This document shows positions 62,750 through 64,000 of a stretch of 64,000 bases of DNA, piece by piece. The position numbers and the translations under genes were made by a program. Origin of the DNA: Dehalococcoidia bacterium (GTDB lineage: Bacteria > Chloroflexota > Dehalococcoidia > Lucifugimonadales > Australimonadaceae); the NCBI GenBank assembly GCA_965220655.1, contig CBDCQO010000007.1:15356-79355 (forward strand), given 5' to 3'. The notes beneath the pieces are model-generated. The model was not told where the DNA came from and ran no database searches. It was given only the letters and a program-made list of their open reading frames with translations. Positions within the stretch are counted from its first letter, which is position 1. Each line of letters opens with the position of its first letter.

Positions 62750-64000
62750 ATGACGAACCTGCCGGACGTGCGGCCCGCCTCCGCGACGGGACCTGAACTG
62801 CGCGAGCGGACGCTGGAACTGCTGGAGTTCCCCCGCATCCGCGAGGCGCTGGCGAGCCATACCCGCACGCCGATGTCCCGCGAACGCGCGCTGGCGCTCT
62901 CGCCCGTCTACGACGCCGCGGCTGTTGCCGAACTGCAGCAGGAGACCGCCGAGGCCGCGCTGCTGCTCGACGAGTCGCCGTCGCTCGCGCTCTCCCACGA
63001 CCCGCGTCCGCTGGTCCAGCGCGCCGCGATGGGCGGCATGCTCCTCGGCAGCGAACTCATCGCCGTTGCCGACGGGCTCGACGCGGCGCGTTTGGCCAAG
63101 GCGCTCGGAGGTGCAGCGCGCTCGCGGACGCCGCTCCTGCGGAGCCTTACGCGGAATATCGCGGACCTGCGGCCGCTCGAGCGCGAGTTGCGCGCGAAGC
63201 TGACGCCGTCCGGCGAACTGAAGGACGACGCCAGCCCGCTGCTGCGGCAACTCCGCTCCGAGAGCCGCGACGCCTACCACCAGGCCTCGGCCGGGCTGCA
63301 GGCGTACGTCGACTCCGACCTCGGCGCGGAGGTGCTGCAGGACAACCTCTACACCGTGCGCGGCGGCAGGCTCGTGCTGCCGGTGAAGGCCGACTTCAAG
63401 GGCAGGATGCCCGGCATCGTCCACGGCTCGTCCGACTCCGGCGCGACGCTCTTCATCGAGCCGTTCTCGAACGTCCACCGTACGAACCGCTGGCGTGAGG
63501 CGGGCGACGCGGAGCAGGAGGAGGTGCGGCGCATCCTGCAGCGCCTCACCGTGAGCGTGGCGCGCCGCGCGGCGGAGACGATGCACGCGCTGGAGATGGT
63601 CGCGCGGCTGGACGCTGCGCTTGCCAAGGCCCGCTACGCCCGGACGTACCGGGGCGTCGCGGTGGGGGAGGGCGACTCGGTGCGGCTCGTGGAGGCCCGC
63701 CACCCGTTGCTCGGCGCGGCGGTCCCTGTCTCGCTCGCGCTGGAGCCGCCGGTGTCCGTGCTCGTCGTGACCGGCCCCAACACGGGCGGCAAGACCGTCG
63801 CGCTCAAGACGCTCGGCCTCATGGCGCTCATGCGGCAGAGCGGGCTCATGCTCCCATGCTCGCCACAGACGTCGCTGCCGCTCTTCGACGGCGTCTACGC
63901 CGACATCGGCGATCAGCAGAGCATCGAACACGCCGTCTCCACGTTCAGCTCGCACGTGACGGCCATCGCCGGGATACTGGCGCACGCAACCCCGCGCTCG
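62750..64000 (+). CDS. mutS2: Endonuclease MutS2, N-terminal 417 codons (continues beyond the window)
   Basis: The frame is open from the ATG at 62750 to the window end. It reads ELLEFPRIREALA..., RGGRLVLPVKADFKGRMPGIVHGSSDSGATLFIEP, and Walker A VVTGPNTGGKTVALKTLGL. It is absent from the ORF track because no stop lies in the window. Confidence 0.85.
   Translation, partial: MTNLPDVRPASATGPELRERTLELLEFPRIREALASHTRTPMSRERALALSPVYDAAAVAELQQETAEAALLLDESPSLALSHDPRPLVQRAAMGGMLLGSELIAVADGLDAARLAKALGGAARSRTPLLRSLTRNIADLRPLERELRAKLTPSGELKDDASPLLRQLRSESRDAYHQASAGLQAYVDSDLGAEVLQDNLYTVRGGRLVLPVKADFKGRMPGIVHGSSDSGATLFIEPFSNVHRTNRWREAGDAEQEEVRRILQRLTVSVARRAAETMHALEMVARLDAALAKARYARTYRGVAVGEGDSVRLVEARHPLLGAAVPVSLALEPPVSVLVVTGPNTGGKTVALKTLGLMALMRQSGLMLPCSPQTSLPLFDGVYADIGDQQSIEHAVSTFSSHVTAIAGILAHATPRS

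Overview
High-GC bacterial chromosomal segment. Hand counts of individual 60-nt lines give about 70 % G+C in ordinary genes. It is densely coding on both strands, with no rRNA, tRNA, CRISPR array, transposase or integrase that I can see. Pro/Thr-rich lipoprotein linkers, hopanoid genes and many paralogous catabolic enzymes suggest a Chloroflexota-like organism, but that is inference only.

Gene content from left to right:
- Hopanoid cluster: hpnH, a small ORF, hpnG, shc.
- A soluble all-in-one sensor kinase, receiver and OmpR-type DNA-binding protein.
- An operon of a repeat-domain Gly/Glu/His-rich lipoprotein, an OmpR-type regulator and a HAMP kinase.
- A Phd/YefM-VapC toxin-antitoxin pair.
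- A RidA gene followed by two RraA/aldolase-like genes.
- Housekeeping genes: exonuclease, AI-2E transporter, YyaL, polyprenol kinase-like protein, cysteine desulfurase.
- Polyamine genes (speB, speH) embedded in repeat-rich spacers.
- An ABC-F ATPase.
- A roughly 2-kb low-GC two-gene islet.
- cinA.
- An ABC importer.
- A large aromatic/acyl-CoA catabolic block: three Rieske oxygenases, two dihydroxyphthalate-decarboxylase-like proteins, two SDRs, an amidohydrolase, a class II aldolase, two CoA-transferases, two acyl-CoA dehydrogenases and a sulfite/nitrite reductase.
- A tightly coupled operon of coaE, a CbbQ/NorQ ATPase, a Nudix CoA-pyrophosphatase and a CbbO/NorD VWA protein.
- A RelE/ParE toxin-antitoxin pair.
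- The 5' part of mutS2.

The most interesting items:
1. The low-GC islet at 25.6-27.6 kb. It encodes a small basic protein translationally coupled to a large protein whose C-terminus looks like a catalytically dead ImmA/IrrE domain. This is the best candidate for an undescribed TA or defence-type module.
2. The Q-Nudix-O operon, which has no Rubisco or NO-reductase client nearby.
3. The repeat-domain metal-binding-looking lipoprotein with its two-component system.
4. A second low-GC orphan gene at 42.4-43.1 kb.
5. A family of composite palindromic intergenic repeats.
6. Two homopolymer frameshifts.

All functional calls come from motif recognition by eye. No database search was run.
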